From assembly GCA_011109175.1 (NCBI GenBank), contig RDEW01000083.1, positions 62,001-126,000 of the forward strand: a DNA stretch of 64,000 bases, in the 5' to 3' direction. The notes below the pieces were generated by a model. It did not search any database, was not told the DNA's origin, and saw only the letters and a program-made list of their open reading frames with translations. Shown piece by piece: positions 27,182-39,169 of this stretch; position 1 is the stretch's first letter; every line of letters starts with the position of its first letter. A program made the translations under genes and the position numbers. This DNA comes from Dicyema japonicum. Lineage: Eukaryota > Animalia > Dicyemida.

Positions 27182-28647
27182 TTAATTTTTCTTTTTTTTC
27201 CTTAAAAATCCAAACTTTAAGGACTTATTCTCAGAGTTAACAGCTAAATTCATGTCCTCTAAGGGCTGACTGATGCCAAAACTAATATCTCCCTCTTCAA
27301 AAGCCAAATTGGCCGCCGATTTGGTCTCATTCGGTTCCTCGTAGTTCAGAGAGATCCCACAAAGTTCCCTGATGTGCCTCCACCGCTGCTTAAATTCCCT
27401 GAAGGACTCGTTGTAGTCTTCCGCAAATTTCCTGCAATCAATTTAATAATCTCACTTTGCCTGAATCATTTTCGTGTCGATTTCGTTAAAAGAGTTAAAA
27501 TATCCGTATTTCAGCGCGGAAAATGCAGAGTTCGTCCGTTTTCGGTGAAATTTCTGAACCTAGATGGTTTCTACCATGATTACCTGGTCCCGTATCGCTA
27601 GGACCTGCGAATCCACCTGCACCTTCAGATTCTTCACAAATTTGCACTCAATATCATATGTTCGAGATAGAAGAGTCTCCAACTGGTCACGTGTTGAACC
27701 CAGGAAGTCGATTCCGCATCTGGAAAACTCCGATTCCGTAGACAGATCGTTCATACTGCTATAACCCCCAGAAACCACCTCTCAGTCTCCTTCAAAACTG
27801 ATACCGCCTCTAATTCCTTCAGTTTTTGCTCGATCTTCTCATTCAGTTCAGACACGTGAGTCCTCTCCCGTTGGAACTTGGCGTTCTGGTTGTATGCAAA
27901 GTACATTCCTAGCACAGCTACTAGCAGAGAAAACGTCAGCACGGTGTCCTTTAGGAGACTTCCGCGATCTACCAATAAGTCAAAAATAACTTAGGGGGGA
28001 CCCAAAAAGAACAACGTCGAGAGCCATCAATTGGAGGCGTTTCCGTGACTTGGGATTCGTGATTCCCATAATCTTCGACTTGAAACTGACGTTGGTGGCC
28101 AACCGGGGGATATCTTTCCCAGAGATCCGGAACTTTTTGAAGATGTCAACGTACTGAGGTAGGTGAACGTGCTTTACCAACCATTCGAGAACCTGCGATT
28201 CAGTCCAGTTGTGAGCTTTTGGTTACAAGTCGGGGTACCCTCGGATGACTTCCAAAGATTCCAAAACTCCGTGACGGAAATGGAGGAGTCTGAGTGGTGG
28301 AAATCCGAAGACATTTTATCAGAATTCACGATGTTCAGCTCGTCTTTGAGGAACTGAGATAACAAGCTAGAGTACGTCTTTAGTTTCGTTGAGTTCCAAG
28401 ACTCCGTCGTGATCCTCGTCGATTTGACTATGGATGAGTTCGATAGCTAGATAGTTCAGCTTCTCTCGCATGCAATCCACGTCCTCTTCCAGACAACTGT
28501 CAAAAGGGTTACTTTTCAGATGATTTTTCTAAACTGATCAGCATTTAATGAATACAGGGGTGTCTAAGTCGTTGGTGACTGCTAATAAGTTAATTCAAGG
28601 ATACCAGAATGAAGGGAGTGGTATAATATGAATAATAAAATTCTCAT
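27182..28647 (-). CDS. STIM: Stromal interaction molecule (ER Ca2+ sensor), about 426 aa
   Basis: Eight introns of 20-27 nt give an in-frame 1281-nt CDS. Domains: signal peptide, EF-hand DEDHDGVLELNE, SAM (HNWTESQVLEWLVKHVHLPQY...LQLMALDVVLFG), TM, SOAR-like region (RWRHIRELCG) and polybasic tail FLRKKKKN. Confidence 0.95.
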
Positions 28648-29539
28648 AATTAAGTCATCAACAAACGTCAAATAGAGTTCAAATATTTTATCTAAAATTT
28701 AAACATTTCGTGAATTTTCTAAACTGTTTAATTTAATTTTAATTTAACTAAAAGTTTTTTAATTCATATTTTAGTTAAAAAATGTCATTAATAAAATTTA
28801 ATATTGAATTTTTTTATAAACAATTTAAAAATCAATTTGAAAATTTTGCCAGCATATTGGGAAAATTAATTTAATTTTGGAGGTAGTTTAATTTTGAATA
28901 TTCATAAATTTTCAAATTCCGTATTAAATATCTGCGGTTTTTTGTTTAACAGAGCATCAACTATTTTGGTTAATTGTCATTGCTGAAATTGACAGCTCGA
29001 AAATTCTCGATTAAAAATTATGCTTTACGTTCAATGACCCTTTTAGACGCCCCTAGTTATTAATGTGCTACATCGCAAGTAATCTATACTAATAAGCGTT
29101 TTCACGTGAGTCTTAGTTCTTATAGCCCCGCATGTACAGCGTTAAACACAGTATTAAATGTCAATCCCTTGCATGCTCCTCGATTGTTAAACAGTGATTA
29201 ATAGTTCAACTTTCTTCTCAATGTCTTTAAGTCATCGGGAGATAAATTTTGGAGGGTTAATCATAGCTATTATATTCTTAAATTTACATTTCAAGTGGAT
29301 CATGGTTATAGGATAATTAAATTTTAGTAATCAATAATTAATTATTGTTAAAATTTAATTAAGTTAATTTTTTAAATTTCAAACTTTTAGTAACCACAGC
29401 TATGCCAATTTCATGACGAAGTATTTGTAAGCCATAAATTAATAACACCGTCATTTTCCCTTACTTGTTCCTGCCAAAAATAAGCCCCGTCTAAGTCATT
29501 CCTTGAAGCAGTCCCCAATCCTTTGGAGGATCCTATCCA

Positions 29540-29893
29540 GGATCATTGGGGGAATTTGACGAGAAGTCTTCCATGGCCATATTAGATGGGCCTTCCAGGT
29601 TCATTGGGAGAATTTGACGAGAAGTCTTCCATGGCCATATTAGATGGGCCTTCCAGGTTCATTGGGAGAATTTGACGAGAAGTCTTCCATGGCATATTAG
29701 ATGGGCCCTCCAGGTTCATTGGGAGAATTTAACGAGAAGTCTTCCATGGCCATATTAGATGGGCCCTCCAGGTTCATTGGGAGAATTTGACGAGAAGTCT
29801 TCCATGGCCATATTAGATGGGCCCTCCAGGTTCATTGGGAGAATTGACGAGAAGTCTTCCATGGCCATATTAGATGGGCCCTCCAGGTTCATT
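29540..29893. repeat. 58-bp minisatellite, 6 units plus a partial unit
   Basis: Units start at 29540, 29598, 29656, 29713, 29771, 29829 and 29886. They are near-identical and have no spacers. Confidence 0.97.
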
Positions 29894-30802
29894 CTTAATA
29901 TATGTTCAAAGAGCCTCTATTGAGCATTTAGAATTTACTGAGTTAATATTAATCAATTAGAAATATCAGAAATAAATTAACTAAGTGATTTTTCCCCTTC
30001 GACATATTCTCTTCCTCTTTGTACTGGATGCATTTATTCTAACAGGCACCGTTGGAATAACATGGTCATTTTCCATTATCAGCTCAAAGAATTAATTAGA
30101 ATTCACGAATTGTGCTTGGTCTTGGCACGATGATGCATATAGTTACGATTAGACTATTTAGCTAAATGGTAAATTCGTCAGAAGGTTACGGTGGTGACGT
30201 ACCGAATTCCATTTATCATGAAATTAAAATTACTCATAAAATCATCTGTCAGAGTCTGCACGTATAGGATAATAGTTAATATTATTAATGGTCCCTCTGG
30301 CTGCTATCGATGACAAATTTAAGTGAAACAGGGCCATAATCTGATCTCGGCCTCCTCAACGTTTCCGACTGTTCGCCACAAGATCCGACGCATTTCCTGT
30401 ACGCTCGTAATGCTTGTGGAAGCTTTGGAGGTGTCGTTTGGCACCCGTTATCCTCACATGAGCCTCGAATGCAGTTGACCTCAACAGCGATATGGAGAAC
30501 CTCGTAGTAGGAGACGTCCAGTGCCTGGTTTGCATCAAAAAATCGTTATCCTCTATAATACAGCGAACGAGTTCCTACAATACCGGATATGGTTGACATG
30601 ATGCTTGGAAGTAATGTGTCTCATCCCAAACGTGGAAACTGGATCACTTAGTTGAAGACTTCCTTTTCCCTTAACCCGGTGATCATGGGGAAACAAATAA
30701 TAAGAGATCACCATCTCTACTATACGGGTTCCACAATAACACAAAAGTCATAAATGAGTGTTTTCAAACTCTAATAGTGATTATAGTTAAGTGGTACTCC
30801 AC

Positions 30803-31113
30803 ATGACAATGTCGAGAATTTCCCGACAAAACTCAGCTTTTCAGTTTCAATGTGAGAATTTTTATTTCTAATTTTAGCGCAAATGAATGGGAGATGCATA
30901 ATAAATGATTCTCTTCACTCCATTACATGGAGTATGGAATGATTTATAAAAAATAAAGACTCAAAAGCGCGAATAATCGAATCAGTAGAGTTCATTGAAA
31001 AGCAGATACAGGGACATCTCGTCCATGTTTTCGAAAGGAAGGGCTTTCATCCATTAGGAGATCTTAAAAGAAATCGTCCAGATCTTCTTGAGATCGATGT
31101 ATCTCGAAACTAG
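30803..31113 (+). CDS. Small orphan spliced gene (about 85 aa; may extend to about 31200)
   Basis: ATG 30803. Canonical introns 30852-30877 (26 nt) and 30932-30958 (27 nt) keep one frame open to TAG 31111-31113. Confidence 0.5.
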
Positions 31114-31241
31114 CAACCATCACTTCTGCATCTCAAATATCCAGCAGACAATCTTAGAGACTTGAGAATGTAAATGTCCTCAACTTTTAGAACTGCGGAG
31201 TAATTGTGCAGCTAACAAGTTTATTTAAAGAAAATAATAAA

Positions 31242-31809
31242 TTAGGAATCATTCCCGCCAAATTCTTTCTGTTTGAGCCTTTCGATGATTGCAATGGCAT
31301 TCTTTAGGATGCTCAGCTTCGTTTGGGGTTTTTTTAGGGAAACAAACTCGTTACAAATCTTTCCAAGCTCAAAAAATGCAGTATTTATGTTTTTCACTCG
31401 ATTTCTAATTTACTCAATTTCTTACCTTTCACGATTATTATTCGCCATCCTCTTAACATCATCACACCAACTCGTCTTAGTATCCTTACTTCTAGAGCTA
31501 TTCAAAAGACTAACCTCATTTTCTGAACACAGGGGACCTCATGCTTCTTTTCGTGGAAGTAAGAGATGTTCTTACTGTCTACAAATCAGTAAAATCGACC
31601 AACCAGAAATGGAGACTGGAAAACGCGTTAAATAGTCCTAAAGAATGTCAGCGAATATTACATTATAATTCACATCAGAATATTGCTGATACCCAAAGCA
31701 GTTGAAAAGATCTCCGCCGGAATAGCCGACGTAGGGATTGGCCAACTAAAATAAGTTGCTTGCATACTTGGTCACGTGGGATAACGTTGAAATTGTTGTT
31801 GTCCTTCAT
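31242..31809 (-). CDS. Class I bHLH E-protein (Daughterless/TCF3-4-12 family), 150 aa
   Basis: Five introns (22, 24, 25, 23, 21 nt) give a 453-nt CDS. The bHLH KRMANNNRERNRVKNINTAFFELGKIC...KPQTKLSILKNAIAII matches [26 protein letters not shown]...KPQTKLLILHQAVAVI. Confidence 0.92.
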
Positions 31810-33067
31810 AATCCTAAAATGTAATGAAAACTAAAATGGCTGAGTAAATCGCTGATAAAATACAGTAAGCTAAGAAATTTCGAATTTAACGGGGAATAAA
31901 TTTATAACTCGTCAATTGGCACTAATTTTGACAAGATGGTGAAATGACAAGACCACGTGGGTCCAACTTGACTTGTCAAAGACACCATTAAATTTGTCAG
32001 TTTTCAATTTCTACCTCAGAAAGCCAGAACACCTGTCGGCCACTCAAGACCGTGGAAACAACAAATTTTATTTACTTGGTATTCTCGAGGCTAATTGCGC
32101 GTGTCTGACTCAGCTGGAGACGCATTAATAGTAAAGAACTAAAGTTGAATTTAAATACATAGTAATTAACCAATATTTATAAAATTTCAAAAAATCAATC
32201 AAATCCTAAAAATCGCTGGAAAAGTCGTAAATTAGACTGCACATTGAAAAATCTAATAAAATCCATCATTTTGTTAAGTCCCACTAAAATATGACCCCGG
32301 TTCGAAATTTGTTGACTAATTGCAGTCTGTTCGCTCACAGCTGGTTGTATTTAGTAATTATATTGAAATAATTTATCAAGTGATTTTATTTTTTCAATTT
32401 TCTGAGTTTTGTGGAATGATGTCCTTATATACCAATAAATGTTAACTGTGACATGTTTATGCCTGAAATATCCAATCTAAGTTACACAAACTGTCACTTT
32501 TTATTAAAATTGGTTTAATTGCCAATTCTCTTCCACGGAACCTCACAAATATCGTTTGACTAAGTTGTTTTAGTGAGAGTTTTTGATTCCTTCCCCTAGT
32601 TAACCAAATTCGGTTGTAATGTGGAAGTTGTTATTTCTCGTTCTAAATGTTAACATGTGGGGGTTGAAATTATCAGTACCAGTGAAGATAATACTCCGAT
32701 TTATAATGTGGTTCCGGAAGGGGGATGTGATACTGGATGCTATGTCGGCATCTGGATTTTTAGTAAGTGGTTAACTGGTCTGAAGGTTGGGGTGGTAACG
32801 TACCACTATTTCATTAAGTGTTCATTAGTTTTATGGTGGGCGAATCCTCAATGTCTTCTCGTATGTATGGACGGGAACTCAAGAGTTATTAGAAACCAAA
32901 AATTTTAAACAAAGGAAGTGTCGGATGCTCGTAGGATCTGGGTTTGAATCTCCCCCAACCAAAAGAAATTGAAGGATCATCTCTCGAAGCTGCACATACA
33001 AGATGATAGTTAATGATTTATGCCGCGAGAATGAAATGGCTTAGTTCATAATAATACTGCACTTTAA

Positions 33068-33277
33068 GCAGAGGGAGAACCAGAGAATGCTCTTCACTTT
33101 TTTTGTGGTGTGTGATTCTTTATAGATGATCCAGATAGGCAGTGAAGTGTTTACTGATGGCGGCGTCACTCGTCAAGCCAAAGCATCGTAGATGCGTGGA
33201 CCCTTCAACAGGAAAGTACAGCAGCAAGATTCGAACTAGGGGACATTAAGCCTTTTGCCCGGGATTCGTTACACAGC
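33068..33277 (-). mobile_element. SINE family, copy 2
   Basis: B-box GTTCGAATC, the core CCACGCATCTACGA and the shared tail. Closely similar to 57881-58070. Confidence 0.8.
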
Positions 33278-34323
33278 AGTGAAAAGTTGACAAAATAGGA
33301 CTCGTATGTTTACTACGTGACATATTCCATATCTGAATGAAAGAAAAATTTGAAACCTCTTTGTTTGCCCTAAATCACGCGGTGAAAGTGGAGGATCTCT
33401 AAGACAAACTTGTTATGATTGACTGTAGCAAAACAATAGTGCTACCATAAACGCTGTATTTTATTAGTTCCTTCAATTTTCATCTTCTTAGTCCTAAACT
33501 TCAGTTATCCAATTATTCAGTTAGCCGTGTTGAAAGAGACGATGAAACGAGTATTTTGAATAAAAATTCTCTCAAAAACCATCTCTTTTGGGAATCAATA
33601 ACAAACTCGCATGTTCATCTCAAAACATAGTCATCATTCAAGTTTCTCCAATTTTGCGCCAGTACCGATTCGAATCAAAAATCGATATATCAAAAAAGAG
33701 TTAGTTAGTTTCTCGGACCTCACTGACATGTAGGAGACGGGATGTCATCAAGCGTAGCGTTCAGCTGAGACCGCTAGGCGCCCTCACATGTCCCTTAATG
33801 TAATTAATAAGGATTCGATCGATATTCACTAACCTAGTCAGGTGAGCCAAAAGACCCAAATATCCAAAAATATAAAATTAGTAGAGGTAAATCGATAATT
33901 GAATATTTGGGAGGTTCACACATCTATAAGAATTAGGTTTGTTTGTCGGAATCGGGTATTGTTCAATCTAATAAATTCTCCCATGATAAGGATGTCAGTG
34001 ATTCAGATTGAACTTTCAAATTTATCATTAAAACAAAAATCAGTAATAGGCAATAATCATATTTTAATAAATACATTCTTTAATTTAAAAAAAAACAAAA
34101 ATTGATGCAAGAAGTGATTGATAATGAGAACGAAATATTTTTGCTGAGTTATTTTTCAGATCAAGTTTAAATGTCTGGGAATTCAGTTATCAGATAGTCG
34201 AATAGAGGAAGAATAATATTTTTCTCCTGTTATACCTCTGAATATTGGTTTTTATAAATACAAGAAAAAATAAATTTTTCATTAAAATTGATAAACAATT
34301 AAAACAAATTTAATAAAATAAAA

Positions 34324-34409
34324 TAGCCCGAACGGGATTCGAACCCGTAACCTTCGCATGGCTTAACTGCTTTATAAGTACGACGCGCTAACCGTTGCGC
34401 CACCGGGCT
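34324..34409 (-). tRNA. tRNA-Ile(TAT) with a 13-nt intron (34360-34372)
   Basis: Full cloverleaf: AGCCCGG/TCGGGCT acceptor stem, GCGC D-stem, TCGTA-CTTATAA-TGCGA anticodon arm and ACGGG-TTCGAAT-CCCGT T-arm. The intron follows position 37, and a TTTT terminator lies downstream. Confidence 0.95.
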
Positions 34410-34699
34410 GTCAAAAAAATTGGAAGTACTCTAATAAGTTTACCTTTTGAATGATATAAGGAATCTCCATATCGATGATTACTTCTCGAACATTCCATAA
34501 CAATAGTCTTAGATCCGGTTAATCTTTGCTAGTTGGTCACACAAGGTGAAATAGGGAGCAGTCCTCAGGACATATACAAGCCTATGTACGTTGAGACTGT
34601 TTTTCAGAAGGAATAATGCTGTATGCATGTCAAGTAGACACAAGCAGTCCAGCGTCTTTCCATGTAACAGTCATTTCCCATTGCATTTATGGTAATTGG

Positions 34700-35450
34700 G
34701 GATCCGAGGAATATAAATTCCTCATCGGGTGTGGAAATGTGGAAATATCTTGAGCCCGCTGTTGTTCAATATATTCTTGTCAGACTTCCCAGTTCAACCA
34801 GATATGAACACCAAGATGTTGATATACGCGGATGACATTCTAATCATGGATACTTCTGGAAAATCCACTTTATCGGAAAATAGAATCAGGCTATTCGTCG
34901 ATCAAGTTCAGGACTGGTGCTCCAAGAGAGGGATGACACTATCTACCGAGAAATCGAGCCATGAGAGTCAGTTGCCTATGAGGCATAGTGTACAGCCTTA
35001 TTCACTCGGCATCCCAAAAGTGAATTCAATTCGCTACCTCAGGATAGTCATCGATGGAGAAGGTTCCTTCATGGAAGATATCAGACGAAGAAGGAAGAAA
35101 GCGCTGCAAGCGCTTTTCTGTACAAAAAAGCTATCCGTAAGCTTGGAGACCTCCCTGTTTGTTTTCACGAGAGTTATTCTGCCGAACTATTGTATGGATG
35201 CGAAACATGGTTTTTACTCACGCCATAGAGATAGAATTATACTACTCATGAAAAATCAAAAAAGTCAGCAATAAAGCTGGCTTTGGGGAAAAAACTATTC
35301 AACACCCTCAGTATAGAAGAAGATAAAATTCTTACTCTTGTGAGATACATTGTGGAGAAGAGGATCGATGGGATCCACCGATAGGATAATAAGAAAATGG
35401 AGATGAGGTACGTCGAAAGAGTCCAGGCCGCATAGGCGGACTCGCATAAA
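34700..35450 (+). mobile_element. LINE RT fragment
   Basis: GNILSPLLFNIFLSDFP...LIYADDILI...IRYLRIVID. Confidence 0.8.
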
Positions 35451-35794
35451 CCTCTTAATTAACTCCTATAATTCGCTTAAATAAAGATTGGTTTGGTTTT
35501 GGAAATACTTCCAGGCAGTAAATTTCCGAAAATAACAAAGTTTCTCTTCTGCTAGTCCGCAATGTAGATTTCGCATTTACTGCAATTTAATTACAGTCCA
35601 GCTTCCAACAGTGCTAGAATTATCACTTCCAATTTTCGAAAAACAGTATCCGGGGTCCTCCGAGGACCGCATCATCCAGACAACATAAGGTAAGGGGCAA
35701 GCGTGGAAGTTTGGTGATATTTTCTATTGCAAGACAAAACAATAGGGATCCAAGGAAATCTCCTGTTGCACTCCAGAATACAAATGGATTAGGT

Positions 35795-36520
35795 CAGGGG
35801 TGTCAAACATGTGGCCCTCAGGCGGACCTTGACAAGATAAGTGCGACTCGATTTAATGACTATAAAACACAAAAAATTATTTTTTTATTTTTTACTTCTA
35901 ATTAGATTTTTTTCTTAATCTTCACGTGGCCGCATAGCGCCATATGTGGCAAGTTTTGTCAAAAATTATTTTCCCTCCCTTTGATGGCGTCATTGGATTC
36001 ATCTTACTGAGAAGACGCCCAATGCTTGTCCGACATCAAGAGGGTCCACTATTCTATCCCCAGGGACAATGTCGTTACTGGAGACAAGTTTCTGTACCAA
36101 AAAATACATTGTTTAATATGTAACTAGTTTATTGCTATACCGAACGAATACAACCTAAAAAGGCATTACCAATCTAATCATCGATCATACAATTATTTCG
36201 ATGGCATTAAGTTGCTTATTAACCAAAATTGTTTAATGCGTGTTTTAAATATAAATGAATTGCGAAGAGCTTTAACTACGTTACATAATCATTACACAAA
36301 AAAATCATAATAGAAGTACTGCATCAGTTACTGCAAACTATGAAATTATCAGAATGCTTGCAATGAATGGAAACTCATATTGCGATGGTGATTTCATCAA
36401 GCAATGTCTTGTAAAAACAGACAAAAATTATTTGTCCAGACGACGCCCATTTGTTTAAAGATATTTATTAACCAAAAACACTGTCACCGAACACATTAAT
36501 GAAATGTCTTTGAATCGAAA
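35795..36520 (+). mobile_element. hAT (GTF2IRD2/SPIN-like) 5' part
   Basis: TIR-like CAGGGGTGTCAAAC at 35795. Transposase remnant SYCDGDFIKQCLVKT...ICPD...KNTVTEHINEMS. Confidence 0.75.
35960..36095 (+). repeat. Dispersed short repeat, family B, copy 2
   Basis: Aligns with 2570-2745 and is inserted in the hAT. Confidence 0.7.
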
Positions 36521-36639
36521 AATAAAATGAGATCTTTATTATATCAAAGCTAGATTGGGAATTTCCAAAACAGGTTAAACTCCAAGTTAGTGGATCGTAA
36601 AGTTAATAAATAATTTCTAAAAAAGAGTTATCACAGTTT

Positions 36640-37060
36640 GACCAGTGGATCTCGATCGAGGAGATGGAAAGAGACCTGACAGGATGACCCTCTTCCCTTA
36701 CATAACCAGAAGATCTTTTGTCTGGGACGCAACTTGTGTTGACACATTTTCAAGCACGAATTTTTTCAAATCGGTTCAGACACCTGGAGAAGCTGCTTCG
36801 ACCGCGGAAAACCTAAAAATCAAGAAATATTCTTGCCTCGGGACCGGTACCGATTTTACTCTTGTTGCGGTCGAGTCATCGGGAGCCGTTGGTCGAATGA
36901 CGGCTGGGTTCTTGCGCGAACTCGGAAAAATGCTTGCCAGAAAAAAAGGGATCAAGGAGAAAAATTACGATCGAGACAAAAGATTGGAATAACCATACTC
37001 TGAGGGAACTCGATCGCAATCCACGCAGCCGGCTTTTTCAGCTAACATTTGTTTATTTGT
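36640..37060 (+). mobile_element. CRE-like non-LTR element, 3' fragment
   Basis: LDRGDGKRPDRMTLFPY...VWDATCVDTF...KKYSCL. Closely similar to 43890-44424. Confidence 0.85.
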
Positions 37061-37388
37061 TAAATAATTTTTACATTAATAAAAAGTGTTATAACAAAAT
37101 CTTGGGTAAATTAGACTTTAGTGTCCACGTATTCAAGCCTGGCCTCCAAGTTAGAAAAACTAGAAATGCTAAAATGATATTTTAGGAATCAATTTGGTGA
37201 TAGGGAATCGTTGACAGATTGAAAAAAAGTATTACACAAAGATAGATCGGCCACAGAACAGAATATACTAAAACGTCTCCGTTTGTTTTTCTCTTACCTC
37301 TGTTATGTCTTCCAATCAGCGTTTCACCATCGTTCCGTCTTAGACATAACAAGAGGGACATCACAGCTTAAACAAAAAGAAAGTCATA

Positions 37389-38978
37389 TTAGTAAACCAT
37401 TAAAGTATCGATCAAAATAATAATCCAAGTAATTAATTTATATTTTTTCATTTGATAGTAATAATCACCAAAATAAAAATATTCCTTTAAAATGATTAAA
37501 TTAAAAACCTTAAAAGACGTATAAATAATAATTTCTCTAACTTTCGCCATGCACTCCATATCAGAATCATGTTGACAATATTCTAGTTTTTCCATTAAAT
37601 GATAAACACGAGGATCTAAATCACCGAGAGTTGGATCAAATTTGTCGAGAAAACTCAAACACACATTCCAATACATGATATCTTTTATACATATCGTGTT
37701 TCCGCAATATTTCACTGAAAATTTCGACAAGTCTGTAAATATCAAAATAGCATTCATATGACGGTAATGAGTTATCGAAAACAATTTCCATCATTTTTAA
37801 TATTATAAAAGTGAGATGTTTATCAGCCTACATTTAATACCAATTTCACTGATATGAGCTTTTCATATGACTTTATGAAGCATCCAGATTCGTGTATATT
37901 AAAAACATATTCATCATATTCAGCAATTGAATGTATAATTCTGAATATATCAGGAAACAAGTCTGTGTATTCTAATTCGTTTTCTTTAATGTTATTAAAA
38001 TTCCGTTATCCACAAAAATCTAAATTAATAACTCAAAATACTTCCATTAGATCTTCACAAATTCGCATATGATTAATTATTGATAATATTAGTTTAACAT
38101 ATTCATAATGTAAGGAATTAAGTAAACCAAGAATCCTGGATGAGAGATCTGCACAAATTCTAATGACTGCTAACCATATTCAAGAAAGAGGTCATCGAAC
38201 ATATCATTTTTCAAACGATTTTCGGACAATACCATTAGACTATACAACACCACAATCGAGTCATCCATAGATAGCATAATCTTTATCGGTGGACCGCATA
38301 AATAAATAAATTCTTCATATCCATATTGATGTTTCATGTAATAATTGTGAAACACTCGTGCAGCGATCTTCATTGTGGATTCTAAGTAAGAAATCACATA
38401 AAACTCTCTGTGGTTCGTGAAATTAATTTTAACAATGGTTCTTGAATTTTCGAAGAAATACTAAGATCCATATACTTCAAGATGCTTCCTAAAAATTAAA
38501 TACACGGTCACCACAAATATTTCCTAAAGTCCAAAGAGCCTGATTTTTCAACCTCAAGTCTTGTGAGTCAAGTAAAGAGGTCAAATTCTGGATAATATTG
38601 ATATCAATGACGCTATGTTGATTCTCGGAAAAGCTTGGCACCAGATTCGACACCGCACAAAGTGCCTGGTATTGTAGAGTTGGTGAGTCGAATCGAGAAA
38701 TGCACTGAATTATGACTGGAAGAGAATTCGACTCCAAAATTGTCTCGGTTGGGGGATTTTCATCTGTCAAACATAACAAGATTTTTTCTATGCTTTCTGT
38801 AAGCATTTCTGTGTTTTGTTCTGACAAACTATGCAAAATTTGTTGTAGTTCTTCAACCTTTATTAATCACATAAATCTTTACTGTCGGCATGTCCGTAAC
38901 TTTGGTGAGAGTTATATAATCTCTTGATAACATTTGGACAGAAACAACTGGTAATATAGGAGTCTCAGTTATATCCAT
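37389..38978 (-). CDS. Divergent importin-alpha-like ARM-repeat protein
   Basis: NPPTETILESNSLPVIIQCI...LQYQAL...NQALWTLGNICG matches importin-alpha ARM2-4. The C-terminal LMEKLEYCQHDSD...KVREII resembles the last ARM repeat. Short introns, at least one apparent frameshift, and no IBB motif seen. Confidence 0.7.
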
Positions 38979-39169
38979 TTTTTAAAATCTAAGATCAGTT
39001 CTCCTTCATCCATCAATAATATCATAAGTTTCGTTACTTATATTTAAATTAGGTTAATGAATATAAACGTCGTCATATATGGGTCAATATTGCTCTTATA
39101 TTATGTTTTCTATAATATGTATGTGTTGTCTAGTTGTCCCACATTGGAAACATTTACCAATCACATACT

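Noticed and set aside
29540-29893. CRISPR-like array
   Set aside because: Units are contiguous and near-identical with no unique spacers, there are no cas genes, and the context is eukaryotic.
31273-31635. 120-aa hydrophobic ORF on the plus strand
   Set aside because: It is the antisense shadow of the E-protein exons. The same applies to 8918-9385, 60930-61199 and similar ORFs.
34360-34372. tRNA intron as a novelty
   Set aside because: Introns after position 37 are the norm for eukaryotic tRNA-Ile(TAT).
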